The notes under the pieces are model-generated. The model was not told the DNA's origin. It saw only the letters and a list, made by a program, of their open reading frames with translations, and searched no databases. A program made the position numbers and the translations under genes. Shown here in pieces: positions 11,901 through 22,185 of a DNA stretch of 64,000 nt. Location: positions 23,932,001-23,996,000 of the forward strand of contig CM106586.1 in NCBI GenBank assembly GCA_048013815.1. Reading direction: 5' to 3'. The stretch is from Setoptus koraiensis (Eukaryota > Animalia > Arthropoda). Numbering within the stretch: position 1 is the first letter of the stretch; every line of letters starts with the position of its first letter.

Positions 11901-13503
11901 TTGATAATGAACATTCTTTGATTGTTTTCCATCCTGATATCAATAGCATCTGAGATGTTATCGTTTGATATTTGGCATCAGATATATTGACAGAGATATT
12001 GAAGGCTTTGCTCAAAGAATCTATAGTTACTGGTTTTATATCCATAGGAAGATGACCAATACTTTCAGGGTTTAGGTTGCAAACAAGAACTGAAACAATT
12101 TCGCAAGAATCAACAAGTAGTCCGATTATTTTGTTAATCAATTCTTTCCAATTTTTTAAGTTCGTGTATACTTCAACAACATCTATTTCCTCTAAAAGAG
12201 CTCTAATGCAAGTCAATATAGGATAAATCGGATGATTTGCTGAGCCATAAATGAAATTATCTTTGCTGACTCTTATATTTTCCTCCGTGAGATTGGCTAA
12301 TGTATTAAGATTGTCGAACAAACAGTCGGTCTTGCTCCATTCTGGATTTATATCCGGCCCAAAGTGGATTATCATTTTGAATATATACTTGGCAGTTAGA
12401 GAACTTGCTGGGTTAACGCTGCCACTCAATTCATATGCTATATCTCTCAATGATGTCAAATGCGGCTTAATATCAAACAAATTATTTTTACACAGAATGA
12501 ATATCAATTCTAACGCTAGCTGTTTGTTTTCTTCAAAAGAGTCAGTAAGACATCCTAACACAGTATCAAAACATATCTTACGCTTGTAATTGTCTGCAAT
12601 CGGGAATCTATGATCGTCGAAAGTTATGACTTCTGCAATAATTTTCAGTGTTGATAGAGTGAGCACAAAACTGCCAAAGTATGCATTGTAGTAGATATTA
12701 TCAAAACAGTTATCTATTAACCAAAAAAGAAATACTTTATAATTGTTGTGAATCTCTTCGAGATGCTCTGGTGCTAGAGTCTTGTACCTGGTGGCTGAAC
12801 TTAGACTGTCTTTGATTCTATTAACAAGTTTTGATGTAAGTGCCAGGAGCTTTTGTCTATGCGAGGGCTCTTGAAAACTAAGAGCGTCTATGAATATTAT
12901 CTTGAAAAGAATCAGTTCTGAGGTCAAAATCCTAGTGGTTTGTCTCGATTCTAATGCCAGTGTGATGGCGTCTATTTTTGTAGTATCATCACTTATCTCT
13001 ATCGCTTTCTCGAGAAGTGCTTGTATTGTTTCTGTTGGTATCAAAGTTTTTCTACCTCCTTTAGATTCTTCCGCAATTCTCAAGAACTTTAGAATTGATA
13101 TCTGGATAGCGAGGATATCTCCTTGATCGTGATATTCTTGGAACCATTGATCAGGATTAAATAAAATTGGTTCAAAAATTGATGCAACATACACTGGGCA
13201 AATTGTGGATAATTTGGGAAAGATTTTGGTAATGAGTACACGGCCTGCATATCTCGGAGGGTTTCGTGTAATCTCTATGGCCAGTCGAGAGGCGAGTTCT
13301 GTTTTAATTAACACATTCTCACTTTGAGCTACTTGTGAGATGTTCGTGATGAGCCCAAAATAGCCATCTTGTCTTTCATTTAGTATGCCGATGAGCTTGT
13401 CTAAAAAATTTGTCCGGTCTACTTTGTCCTCAGGGCCTCCATTCAAGACTGAATCTAGTTCTTGTTTGTCAATGGGAGCAACACGATCCTCCTTAGGTGT
13501 CAT
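8902..13503 (-). CDS. THADA: THADA / Trm732 homolog (DUF2428, HEAT-like repeats), 1533 aa, intronless
   Basis: TTRRSAGLPF, LLISGWKTIKECSL, LRHRGAFEQ, VHSLNILKAL, FPIRNCANML and related THADA-family motifs. Confidence 0.92.
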   Translation of the reverse strand: MTPKEDRVAPIDKQELDSVLNGGPEDKVDRTNFLDKLIGILNERQDGYFGLITNISQVAQSENVLIKTELASRLAIEITRNPPRYAGRVLITKIFPKLSTICPVYVASIFEPILFNPDQWFQEYHDQGDILAIQISILKFLRIAEESKGGRKTLIPTETIQALLEKAIEISDDTTKIDAITLALESRQTTRILTSELILFKIIFIDALSFQEPSHRQKLLALTSKLVNRIKDSLSSATRYKTLAPEHLEEIHNNYKVFLFWLIDNCFDNIYYNAYFGSFVLTLSTLKIIAEVITFDDHRFPIADNYKRKICFDTVLGCLTDSFEENKQLALELIFILCKNNLFDIKPHLTSLRDIAYELSGSVNPASSLTAKYIFKMIIHFGPDINPEWSKTDCLFDNLNTLANLTEENIRVSKDNFIYGSANHPIYPILTCIRALLEEIDVVEVYTNLKNWKELINKIIGLLVDSCEIVSVLVCNLNPESIGHLPMDIKPVTIDSLSKAFNISVNISDAKYQTITSQMLLISGWKTIKECSLSMGLMCNRLWWMHPNPSPGPGTLATRAFQSTHEPLIDFDGITKMISFFNHYLRNLRHRGAFEQAYNGFLALTKRVWPDERCRKLLLDSLGSIMLDFKGEYNTGDNSDMIEGKVKFLKAYTTRRSAGLPFMIQAILVSEHRHESENLRWVVDCLFSILNDQNTEEYQKVHSLNILKALINEHQLAEKVAPYIEQTFIVTIESFGSESFPIRNCANMLLSAVVGRTFGCSRLKNNIHRKNKLSFECFFSRYPRMIEKFLKYLSYGLESRHHLASIHTIVILLNRLHPSINPSVNYTYEKVILPFVGPMAEVCFRCPDLNLRKIAAKLCVRLEYFCINYASLDNSLPCHSLPSKITTLENIKELFIDASKLKTIKENHLHGSILILKEWLSQQDLRDQPYFNVAIKNISFVSQQVIQAMISLFHEHHPFSYRLMCELFNLIETYIIRLSSSEYGQECVSCQLNLLENTLFNLNQNDPALEEFAFKYLQIFLMSGLETGKLANRDIENLFVALLSEQPNRTLSTNFHRSLIRWIRFSFATVRPNDELESILDKLDIDSLILHETIFDKSKDINQSEYDRNLYTNYIHKKFMNIDLHKSEKIHKSMFELRDLPEFQPRSVEQLFSAKISNTPRAIELLAIMSMLADEINFDQLKWSHDDDGSLECKLRFMTTFVKILPECDTKFVALFCSSKLVEVMFQRTQLEQNSSSQVFDDWSSLIETVADGSSCILSRQVAAIILKSTLHHFLSVQQKINYQEALVNLLSALFKLMNDDEYSIRLLAMKSVSKLNGLYNCSGLVGTKTQKFIHVIVGKIFCPDCDTDFEHCYKLMIKIVFDHSNSIQEIEIDDQERLFDKCKLNTCADYVAIIAEARQALREFIGGRSKRIKLADLDLPVPELICDEPLSSVCQISISETNKAVLRAASNLILADLKKLGVSGYRRILLDNGSSCYEFSLYRRTAFVSLLLDLWPEDTELQDIKSNLRIGFTLAFECCSTILLSRCLNFFE

Positions 13504-14371
13504 TTTTGAAAATAAATTAAATTCTAGTTAGTATATTAAACCTATCGTGTTGAATATAAAAGAGAGTCGACGATATTCTATTTACATGTCCCAATCGGAA
13601 TGCATCTCCTCGCTGCCGCGTTACACGCTGTTGCCACCGGTAAAATTTCACCAACGCTGAACGTTCTCATCAGCTTGCACACAAAAGCACATGTTTCTGA
13701 ATCGAAAAATAACACGAGTCTCGCTTGTTCAACATAAACATGCCGAGTGCGATATCAAGACATATCTACTCCATTGGTTTTGTAGGCAAGAATGACTATT
13801 TACATTGTAGATCCCTCACTGACTGCGTAAAATTATTGAAGAAAAAAAGAGAGCAAAATAGTAATGATAATAACAACAAGACGAGAACATTGAACAATGA
13901 GTTCCCACTCGAGAATAGCTGATTGGGTCGGGGATATTACGAGGTCCTCATGCACTCGCATTCGACCATTGCTGAATACAAGAATTAGTTGAAAATTTGA
14001 AAAATTATTTAATGATACTAATATCTGCTATTATACATGTTGTAATCATAACTTTATTAAGATTGGTGCTAACAACGTTAATTGTGCTGTGAATGGTCAG
14101 TTAAAGAGTTCTCTTCGGTAACTAGTTCTTTGATATTAGTTGTTCCAAAAATTACTGAATTCCCCTTCGTAAACGTCGCTCATCTGTAATATATCTTTTT
14201 CGATAAACTTGCTGGAGTGTCCACAATTTTCTTGTATCGTCTTGAATACGTTTTAGTCATATACATGGGTCTGACATATTATTAGTTAAAGTAGTAGATA
14301 AAGAAGTTATCACAGAAACCGGACGCTTCTTTGGAGATCTATTCTGAAAAATGTGTTCGCTTGTGTGTCAA

Positions 14372-17300
14372 TCAAGAAAAGTTCTCGTATTGGTGAAGAA
14401 AAAACGGTAGATCTCTCTTGTTGTTGACGGTTTCACAGGCTTGAGTTATTGACTTGGTCATAGGCTTAGGGCCGCAACTGAACACTCCCACTTTATTTAC
14501 CTGTTGGTGTATGAAAATTGATGAGAGAAAAGAGAAAAAAATTTAGCTTCTGTTATTTGATGAACAGTTCCATGGGATACAGAATTATCTATCAACTAGT
14601 ATGGAGAAACGATACTAACATATGAATGCTGCTTCTGTACGTATTGTAAAAAGGAAGGTAAATCCGGTCTGCCAAAATGATTCTTCGCTTTTAAACCTGT
14701 GAACAAACTCTTATTGGATAACCTCTGGAAATGCTTTTCACAGATATACTGAAATTTTTAAATATAAACAACAAGTATTAATATTAACAGAATTAAAATT
14801 CAGAGTGAACTTTTTTTACAACGATTACAGAGGTGTCTACGTTCAGTTATTACTTGTTCAAATATACTTACCAACATAGTTGTTCTCAGATCAAATCTAT
14901 GGAAAAATTGTGTTATAAATATATGCATTTCTAAAACACCAGTGACGTCTTTCCTCTCGACATCTCGGAGGACATCAATAAACCATTCAAAGTTTCTGTG
15001 TGAAGGACATATCCATATGAAGTACACCTAATAATTAATTCAGTTAGTAATTCAATACAATGATTAATAAATAATGTAGTTATTGTGTTTTGTTAGTGTG
15101 GATGCGAAAATAATTTATGAGAAAAGGTTTATCAGTATACATTAACTTCAGGATATATGCTTCTTTTGAAATGAATTTAACACATTCATTCTCATAAACT
15201 TACTTTTTTACATGCAACTCCCGAGAATCTATTGGTAGATGTCCCAAACACCAAATCTTTGAGAATTGATGCGTAAGGAGTCACTCCGATGCCTCCACCA
15301 ATCATGACAGCTACCTCGTATTTGTGCCAATCCTGATTCCCACCACCGAAGGGACCATCTATTCTTATTCTAGGGGGTAATTTAATGTTTTTAAACTGCA
15401 TGTTGACCGGATCGAAACAAGAACGCAACTTCCACGTCCAAGGACCATGCGCTTTGATGTAAACGGATAACTGGTCTTCGTGAGGTGCTGATGTTAAAGT
15501 GAAAGCATGATATTCGCGTTGTCGAAACGCTGTACAAGCCAACCGAATCCATTGGCCAGATCTATACCGAAATCCCTTGGGGCGAACAAACTTGATCCTC
15601 GTGACATCTGCGTATAAAAATATCGATGAGTGTTAATTTAATATAGTCATGATTATAGGAATCCTGATTCTACTTGGTATTTGGCCAAATGAATAGAAAG
15701 AAAAACTTACCTGAAGGTAGTAGTTCGGTTTCAAGTATTTCTAGTTCTTGAAGTTTTGTCTGTAGACTAATCAGTTGATCTATTGCGAACAGTATTGCTG
15801 GTATCATGAAAAATATCCAAAATCTTGGGCTTCCAGTCAGCTTAGATGATCCATGAAGTAGTGTCAAGGCATATATGGCATAATAAAGCTTATGGGTGGA
15901 CCAGAAATAACTGTAAGCAAACCTTCGAACTTTTTGATGTGCAAATACAAAGACAATGGAACATAGTATCCAAAGAAAGAGTCCTGTGGTACCTGTGACT
16001 GTTTCAAAAACCCAAAAGAAGAATGTTGGCCGAGAGTCACTGTTGAAAGCCATCTCTTTGGTCATACATCTGAGATGTTCCACTGGTTGATTCGAAATGT
16101 GCCAGAAGTTTACACAATGTCCTACTGTGTGAACGACGGTCATCACTCCTCCCGTATAGGCCACGAGCTTGTGAAATCTTATATGGCTATCTAGAGGAAT
16201 ATACTCTCTGAAGGGTGTATCTCTCAATTTTGTCATGAGTTTCCTACACATGGTTAAAAGCAGCAAGGCAAAGCATAATGAGAGTGCCGCAGCCGAGCCT
16301 CGAGTTATGGCTATTCCAATGCCCATTACATGACGTAAATCCATATGCTCGGAAAGGTATGAATAATTGACAAATCTTTCAACGAATGATACAGCCACAG
16401 CAACGTAAAATATCAATAAATAGACTATATCTTGTCGATGTTCCTCTATATATGTTACAACTGCATTGATCCTATTGCGAGCCTTAGCCAAAGCTGATAT
16501 CGACGTAACTTTTTTGCCTCCATGAACACTACTGTTTTCAAAATTGTTTAATGGGTTAGTTTTTGTTCGGATTCCTGTATCTATTAACGTCATCTTTCGT
16601 TTGCAGGCGGCATCAGGTAAATGGCTATCACAGGTTTTCATGCTTATTGAGTTGTTTTCTTCTAAAAAGAAACTCTTTTTGGCACCTTTCATGTCTAGCC
16701 CAATTGACAAAAATTCACCATTGTCACTGTAGGTGCCTAGAATTGTTTTAAAGTCATCGTAAGTCAACAATTCCTTGTTATGCAATCCAACAGATTCAAA
16801 CATTCCCTGAATAACTAGATTAATACCATCTTCATTCACAGATTTTGTCTTGGCTATGTCTACTAAAGATCGTAGTACGTCAACAAGTTCGTTCTTCTCA
16901 ATCAAGCCTTTACTCTCGTGATCGCACATATCGAACACTATTCTTAGTTTATCCTCAGGTTTACCCTTTGAAAACATCACAACTGTGTCGAGAAATTCTT
17001 GAAATGATATATTGCCATCACTATCTTTGTCGACACAATTGAACATTTGCTTCACAAACAAAGAATCAGATCTCATGCCTAATGCTTCAGCAAATTCTTG
17101 TTTCGACAGCGATGTTCTCATGATCATGCTTATATCTGGAGGGGATATCCTATAGATATTATCAGTTGATGAGGTCACCAGACCTTCATTAGTATAAGCA
17201 TAAGGAGATAAATCACTGAGGGCACTAGTCGCACTTGGTGTTTTGAGTCCAAATGTTAATGCATATGCTTCTCGAAAGAATTGATCCAATCTTTGTTGAC

Positions 17301-20040
17301 GCTTCTCTTTGGTTTCTGCATTCGCTAGCATAATCTCTTTTCCTATGTAAGATTTATCAATTGACTTGTTGATGCTAGCTAAATAATCATCTAGTTTGTT
17401 TAGAAATCTCTGTCGATTGCCGATATTCTGAAATTGTAACACAAGGTCATATTCACGAGCAACACGAATCAAAATTATTGGTTTGCGACTAGTGTAGTTT
17501 CTAGATGACTGATTTGACATATCACTGGCAAAATCTTGTGAAATTTCAACTGTTAAAGTGTTTACATGTGTCAAGTCCAGCTTACGTTGAGTTTGGCCTT
17601 TTCTATCCAATGTGTAAATAGTTTCATCTGGTCCCAGTCTGACCTTGACATAACGCTTTAGGTTGGAGTGTAACCACTCTTTGGCATAAAATTTTTCACA
17701 GTTAGGTAATTTCTCACAGATTGTGTCGCTAGTAGTGGTCGACGATTGATCTTGTTGTTCATTATCTACAAAACGTGAATTGGAGCGTTGTTTTTGGTGT
17801 TGATTATGTTGAGCAATGCATTCGAGTCTTGCTTTATATTGCCGACGCTTACTGTTTTGTAACTTTATCACACAATAAGCAGCTAAACAACACACAATTG
17901 GTATAAATATTAATGTTAAGCATACCATGATAAAAGTAACTTCACTTCCTTTAAAATAGCTCCAACCTTTGACTGTAAAACAAGACTTTAGTTGTTTACT
18001 TGACAATTGTCTAGGTTGAGGGCACGGATCACCTGGTCTAAATCGGAACACGTCTCGTTGAATACTATCTTCTGGTATCAAAGTTGAATTAGATATAATA
18101 TCGTACAGTGTTATTCCACGTATTTCGTCGATCTCTGCCTTGGTAAAGATACCAGATTCAGTATTCTCGAACCAAAATCTGTCAGCATCTCTGAGTCGTT
18201 CGAATTGTTCACGTATGATTCTTCTAAATAATGGACCTGGTCGGCCACGCTCAGATTCTGATTCCAACATGCCTCCTATGTATAAATCGATATTGTCTAA
18301 TCTATTCTGATATAGATTGCTTAGGTCGTTAAATAAACCAGGCATACTTTTACCAAGCACAGGATTTATATCTGTCCAATTTGTTATTGGTGGCAAGTGA
18401 AAAGCCCTCCTAACAGTGTTGTAATCAGCTATTCCATTATCACGACCACGCATTATATTGAGTGAGGCCAGATCGCGACGGCTAAAATCCAAGGGTCCAA
18501 AAAGCTTATCTCTTACATCGTTACATAGAACATAATCTTCCCTTTCGGCAATCTGAGAGGCGGCACCCATGAGCAATGGTTCAATACCTATACTACTCAC
18601 AACTTCTTCGGCATTCCACCAAGTACTGCACAATCTAATTCCTTCATAACCATCTGAGGTATTCAGATATTGGCACTTTTCGTCTCGTAAATACAAGCCA
18701 GGCGGTATCATCGTATGGCCAAATCTAAAAGCGGCCGATTGAAATACATGTGATATTCCTGGATGCAAATCGGGTTTATAGCCTGTGTAAGGTGAAACTT
18801 GATCCTGTGGCGAGTCGGCATCCAGCAATGTTGGCAGATATTCATATAGAATTATGTTCTGTAGGCTGGCAATGACTAGTCTTCTTGCTCGCTGAAAAAT
18901 TTCTTCATCTGTCCAGTCTTTATGATCGGCATGAATTCTCTCAGCTAAAACATTGTGCCAACGGTAAAACAATATACCAAAAGCCAATATGATGGGGTTT
19001 TGATTAGTTCTTGGATCACCAAGAAGAAACATTCTCTCTGGAGTTTTCATTCGGAGATGATGTGCCGGTGCCGCATTGATGAGAGGTGCTCTGTGTTTGT
19101 TTCTTATTGGATAGCCAAACAATTGAGGTGCGGGTGAGTTTAAATTATCGAATGTGGTATCCAACAGTTTAGAAACTGTTGAATCAAGATCGTCTACATT
19201 GTGCACCATTTTCAAGGTTCCATGGCCATCAAACGATCGCATGGTATTGAGCCATGTTTCAGATGTGCTATAAATAAAAGAGCCATCGATCCAGCTCGTC
19301 ACTTTGTTTATTTGCTCCCTTGGCAAATTTGGAGACTGGCCTGTCGAAGAATCGTAGGAGGCTCGATAGAAAGGCATTGTACGTTGTCCTGTACAATCTC
19401 GGTCATACATAGGATCACATTTTTCAATACGAATTCTGTGCATTTCGATAGGACAACCAGATTCGCTGGCCATTAGTATTTCCGATGCAACGACTTGGCC
19501 GAAAAAAGTGAACAATGTGGTCAGGTTCCTCTGAGACGGTTTTCCATCCTCGCCTCGCATTAATTTTTGGCTCAAAAGTCTAGCACTAGGCCTGTCATCA
19601 TTATCCATTAGGTAAACTCCATCGAGATATGCCGGTGGCACTTTACGTCTGAGTCTGGAATTTGGCGACCCCCAATCGCTATTCGCCAGATTGTTGTACC
19701 AGCCATCGTACCGTTGAAACTCGAACCTTAGATGTTGTTGGATTGGTGCGAGCGGTTTCGTTGAAGGCTTTCTAGTAACAATTGGTGCCGGTGCAATAAT
19801 AGGCTTAGGTGTTGATGATGCAAATTGAAGTTCGGGAGATGTTGAATTTGTTGCAAAAGCTCCCTTGCTAATTAGAGTCAGAAATAATGCAGTTGATATC
19901 ACAAACACTGAATGAACTAGGTTTCTTTTAGTTATATTTATATTTGAATTGTGCGTATTGGGTTGAACAGTTCGTCGAGACAAAAAATCTATTTTCGTTA
20001 TCGATATGGATGAAGACACTGATGACACAAAAGAATACAT
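14372..20040 (-). CDS. Duox: Dual oxidase, inverted duplicate; exons 20040-15711, 15607-15204, 15027-14872, 14748-14620, 14500-14372
   Basis: Reverse complement of the plus-strand copy with an open frame. Peroxidase-like domain (EFQRYDGWYNNLA, TSWIDGSFIY), EF-hands (DKDSDGNISFQEF), TM helices, FAD (HAFTLTSAP) and NADPH (GGGIGVTPYAS, GVFSCGP, ENF) motifs. ATG at 20040. Confidence 0.9.
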
Positions 20041-20129
20041 CGCGGTAGTACAGTAAGTATCCTGTAGAGTTAAGGTGAGCACTAGAAATAGTGGCAACGT
20101 AAGATTTAAAGTTGATTAGCAGCAATGTA

Positions 20130-20289
20130 CAGTAACCAACCAACGAATTTCGAACCTAGAATGGTGATGTGTATCAAGACTGGACAAAAAAAACAATGTT
20201 CAAAAAACCGCCTATGCCAGGCACTACAAAGGATGCGCGGACCAAAATTTTTGCATTTCAGCGTTGTGGCAATACAACGATATTGTCTG
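20130..20289. mobile_element. 160-bp insertion flanked by TA, with CAG...CTG ends (possible Tc1/mariner-type non-autonomous element)
   Basis: TA|CAGTAACC...TTGTCTG|TA; the empty site at 28396-28397 has a single TA. The terminal inverted repeat is only 3 bp. Confidence 0.4.
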
Positions 20290-20837
20290 TAGTAGAGCCA
20301 GTCGTAGCGCCACTTGTAGAGAATGGAAATGTCGGAAGTAGAATTAGTCGCTACAATTATATTATTAGTCTTGTGTGTGTGCGTTTCGAATATACATATG
20401 TGCAGCTATCTGCTTTCACGTAGGAAAATAGCGGCAGCCGGTGTGATATGAACGTGGTAAAGTAACGGAAAGAAACAGTTACAGCTACAGCAGCCGTTAC
20501 TTTAAGCTATTGCAGAGATGACGGTGAAGTCACATGTACTTGCAGGGATTGCGGTGGTGTCTTGGGGAAAAAAATGCCAATGTGTTCATTGGCGCTTGAA
20601 AAAGAATCGAGAATAAGAGAATGACGAGTCTCGGTGGGGGGTGCCCGTCACTAGCACGCGCGTCAGACGAGTTAACGTAAGGCTTTTCGACATAAGAGAG
20701 AGTTTCATCGAAATATCTTAACTGCAACAAACTCATTACTGATCATCATCATAACAAGCTTTAACAAGCCCTCATTATTGGTGCCTATTTTATTGTAAAA
20801 CAATGTTAGAGAAGTAGTTCTCCATGTTCTTTATTGC

Positions 20838-20960
20838 TTATGCCGGGCCAAGATTAGATGTGCAACTTTTATCTAATGTAATTAGGAACTGATAGCTCGG
20901 AAACATTAGATCAGAAGGTTTGCTCAGCGGATTCAACTTTTTTATTTGGAGTCTAATTAT
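20838..20960 (+). repeat. 123-bp direct copy of 25334-25456 (115-bp core with TTAT on both sides)
   Basis: TTATG(C/A)CGGGCCAAGATTAGATG...GGAGTCTAATTAT, two substitutions; inserted in a (TTA)n run that is empty at about 27050-27060. Confidence 0.92.
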
Positions 20961-21197
20961 TATTACTCACATTTCCACTAAGCCTCTATAGAGGTAGAAT
21001 TCTAAAGGTAGAATTTCTATATATATAATGTGTATAGGAAGTCAGGCTTAGTTTTGTTCAATCAGTCAGTCAGTCACCCAGCCAGCCAGCCAGTCAACTC
21101 GGCAGACATAAAAGAATCTGCAGTGGAAATACGTTCACCTTGAAGTTAAGATTTTCTATTCTCGAACAAGCTTTGGCTGTAGTATGAGTAAGTTGGC

Positions 21198-22185
21198 TCT
21201 GAAAGCCCTTATCAACGAGCATCAGCTTGCCGAAAAAGTTGCGCCGTACATTGAGCAAACTTTCATCGTAACCATAGAGAGTTTTGGTTCAGAATCATCT
21301 GCTTGAGATGTCCTGATTTAAATTTGAGAAAAATAGCAGCAAAACTATGTGTGAGATTGGAGTACTTCTGCATCAACTATGCATCTCTGGATAATTCCTT
21401 ACCATGCCATTCCTTACCAAGCAAAATCACTACCCTGGAGAATATCAAAGAGCTTTTCATTGATGCTAGCAAACTCAAAACAATCAAAGAAAACCATTTG
21501 CATGGATCCATACTTATACTAAAAGAATGGTTAAGCCAGCAAGATTTACGTGACCAACCCTACTTTAACGTTGCTATTAAGAACATTAGTTTTGTTTCGC
21601 AACAAGTGATACAGGCTATGATCAGCTTATTTCATGAGCATCACCCCTTTTCTTATCGTCTAATGTGTGAGTTGTTCAATCTTATCGAGACTTATATAAT
21701 ACGCTTATCTAGCTCAGAATACGGACAAGAATGCGTATCGTGCCAGCTGAACCTTTTGGAGGACACATTATTCAACTTGAATCAAAACGACCCCGCCTTG
21801 GAGGAGTTTGCTTTTAAATACCTCCAGATCTTCTTGATGTCCGGTCTTGAAACTGGAAAGTTGGCTAACCGTGACATTGAGAACCTTTTCGTCGCTTTGC
21901 TATCGGAACAACCAAACCGGACCTTGAGTACCAACTTTCATAGATCATTAATAAGATGGATTCGATTCTCTTTTGCGACAGTGCGGCCCAATGACGAGTT
22001 GGAAAGTATTTTAGATAAACTAGATATTGATTCCCTCATCCTACATGAAACAATATTCGATAGATCAAAAGACATCAATCAAAGTGAATATGACAGAAAA
22101 TTATATACGAACTATATTCATAAGAAATTCATGAACATCGACCTGCACAAATCTGAGAAAATACACAAATCAATGTTTGAATTGA
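21198..22185 (+). pseudogene. THADA: Duplicated internal THADA fragment (inverted copy of 10092-11386) with a 307-bp deletion
   Basis: LKALINEHQL...GSES|CLRCPDLNLRK...SMFEL; lacks start and C-terminus; substitutions N>D, K>R, N>K; deletion junction at about 21299. Confidence 0.93.

Larger units (their letters stand above)
14257..21199 (-). repeat. Inverted duplication of 26462-36174 (Duox plus upstream region); 14257-20036 corresponds to 36174-30395 (5780 bp each), upstream part heavily deleted
   Basis: Direct comparison; coordinates sum to 50431 across the 5780-bp core. A few substitutions, e.g. V/L in EGL(V/L)TSS, I/M in NS(I/M)SMK, and intron-1 changes. Confidence 0.95.
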
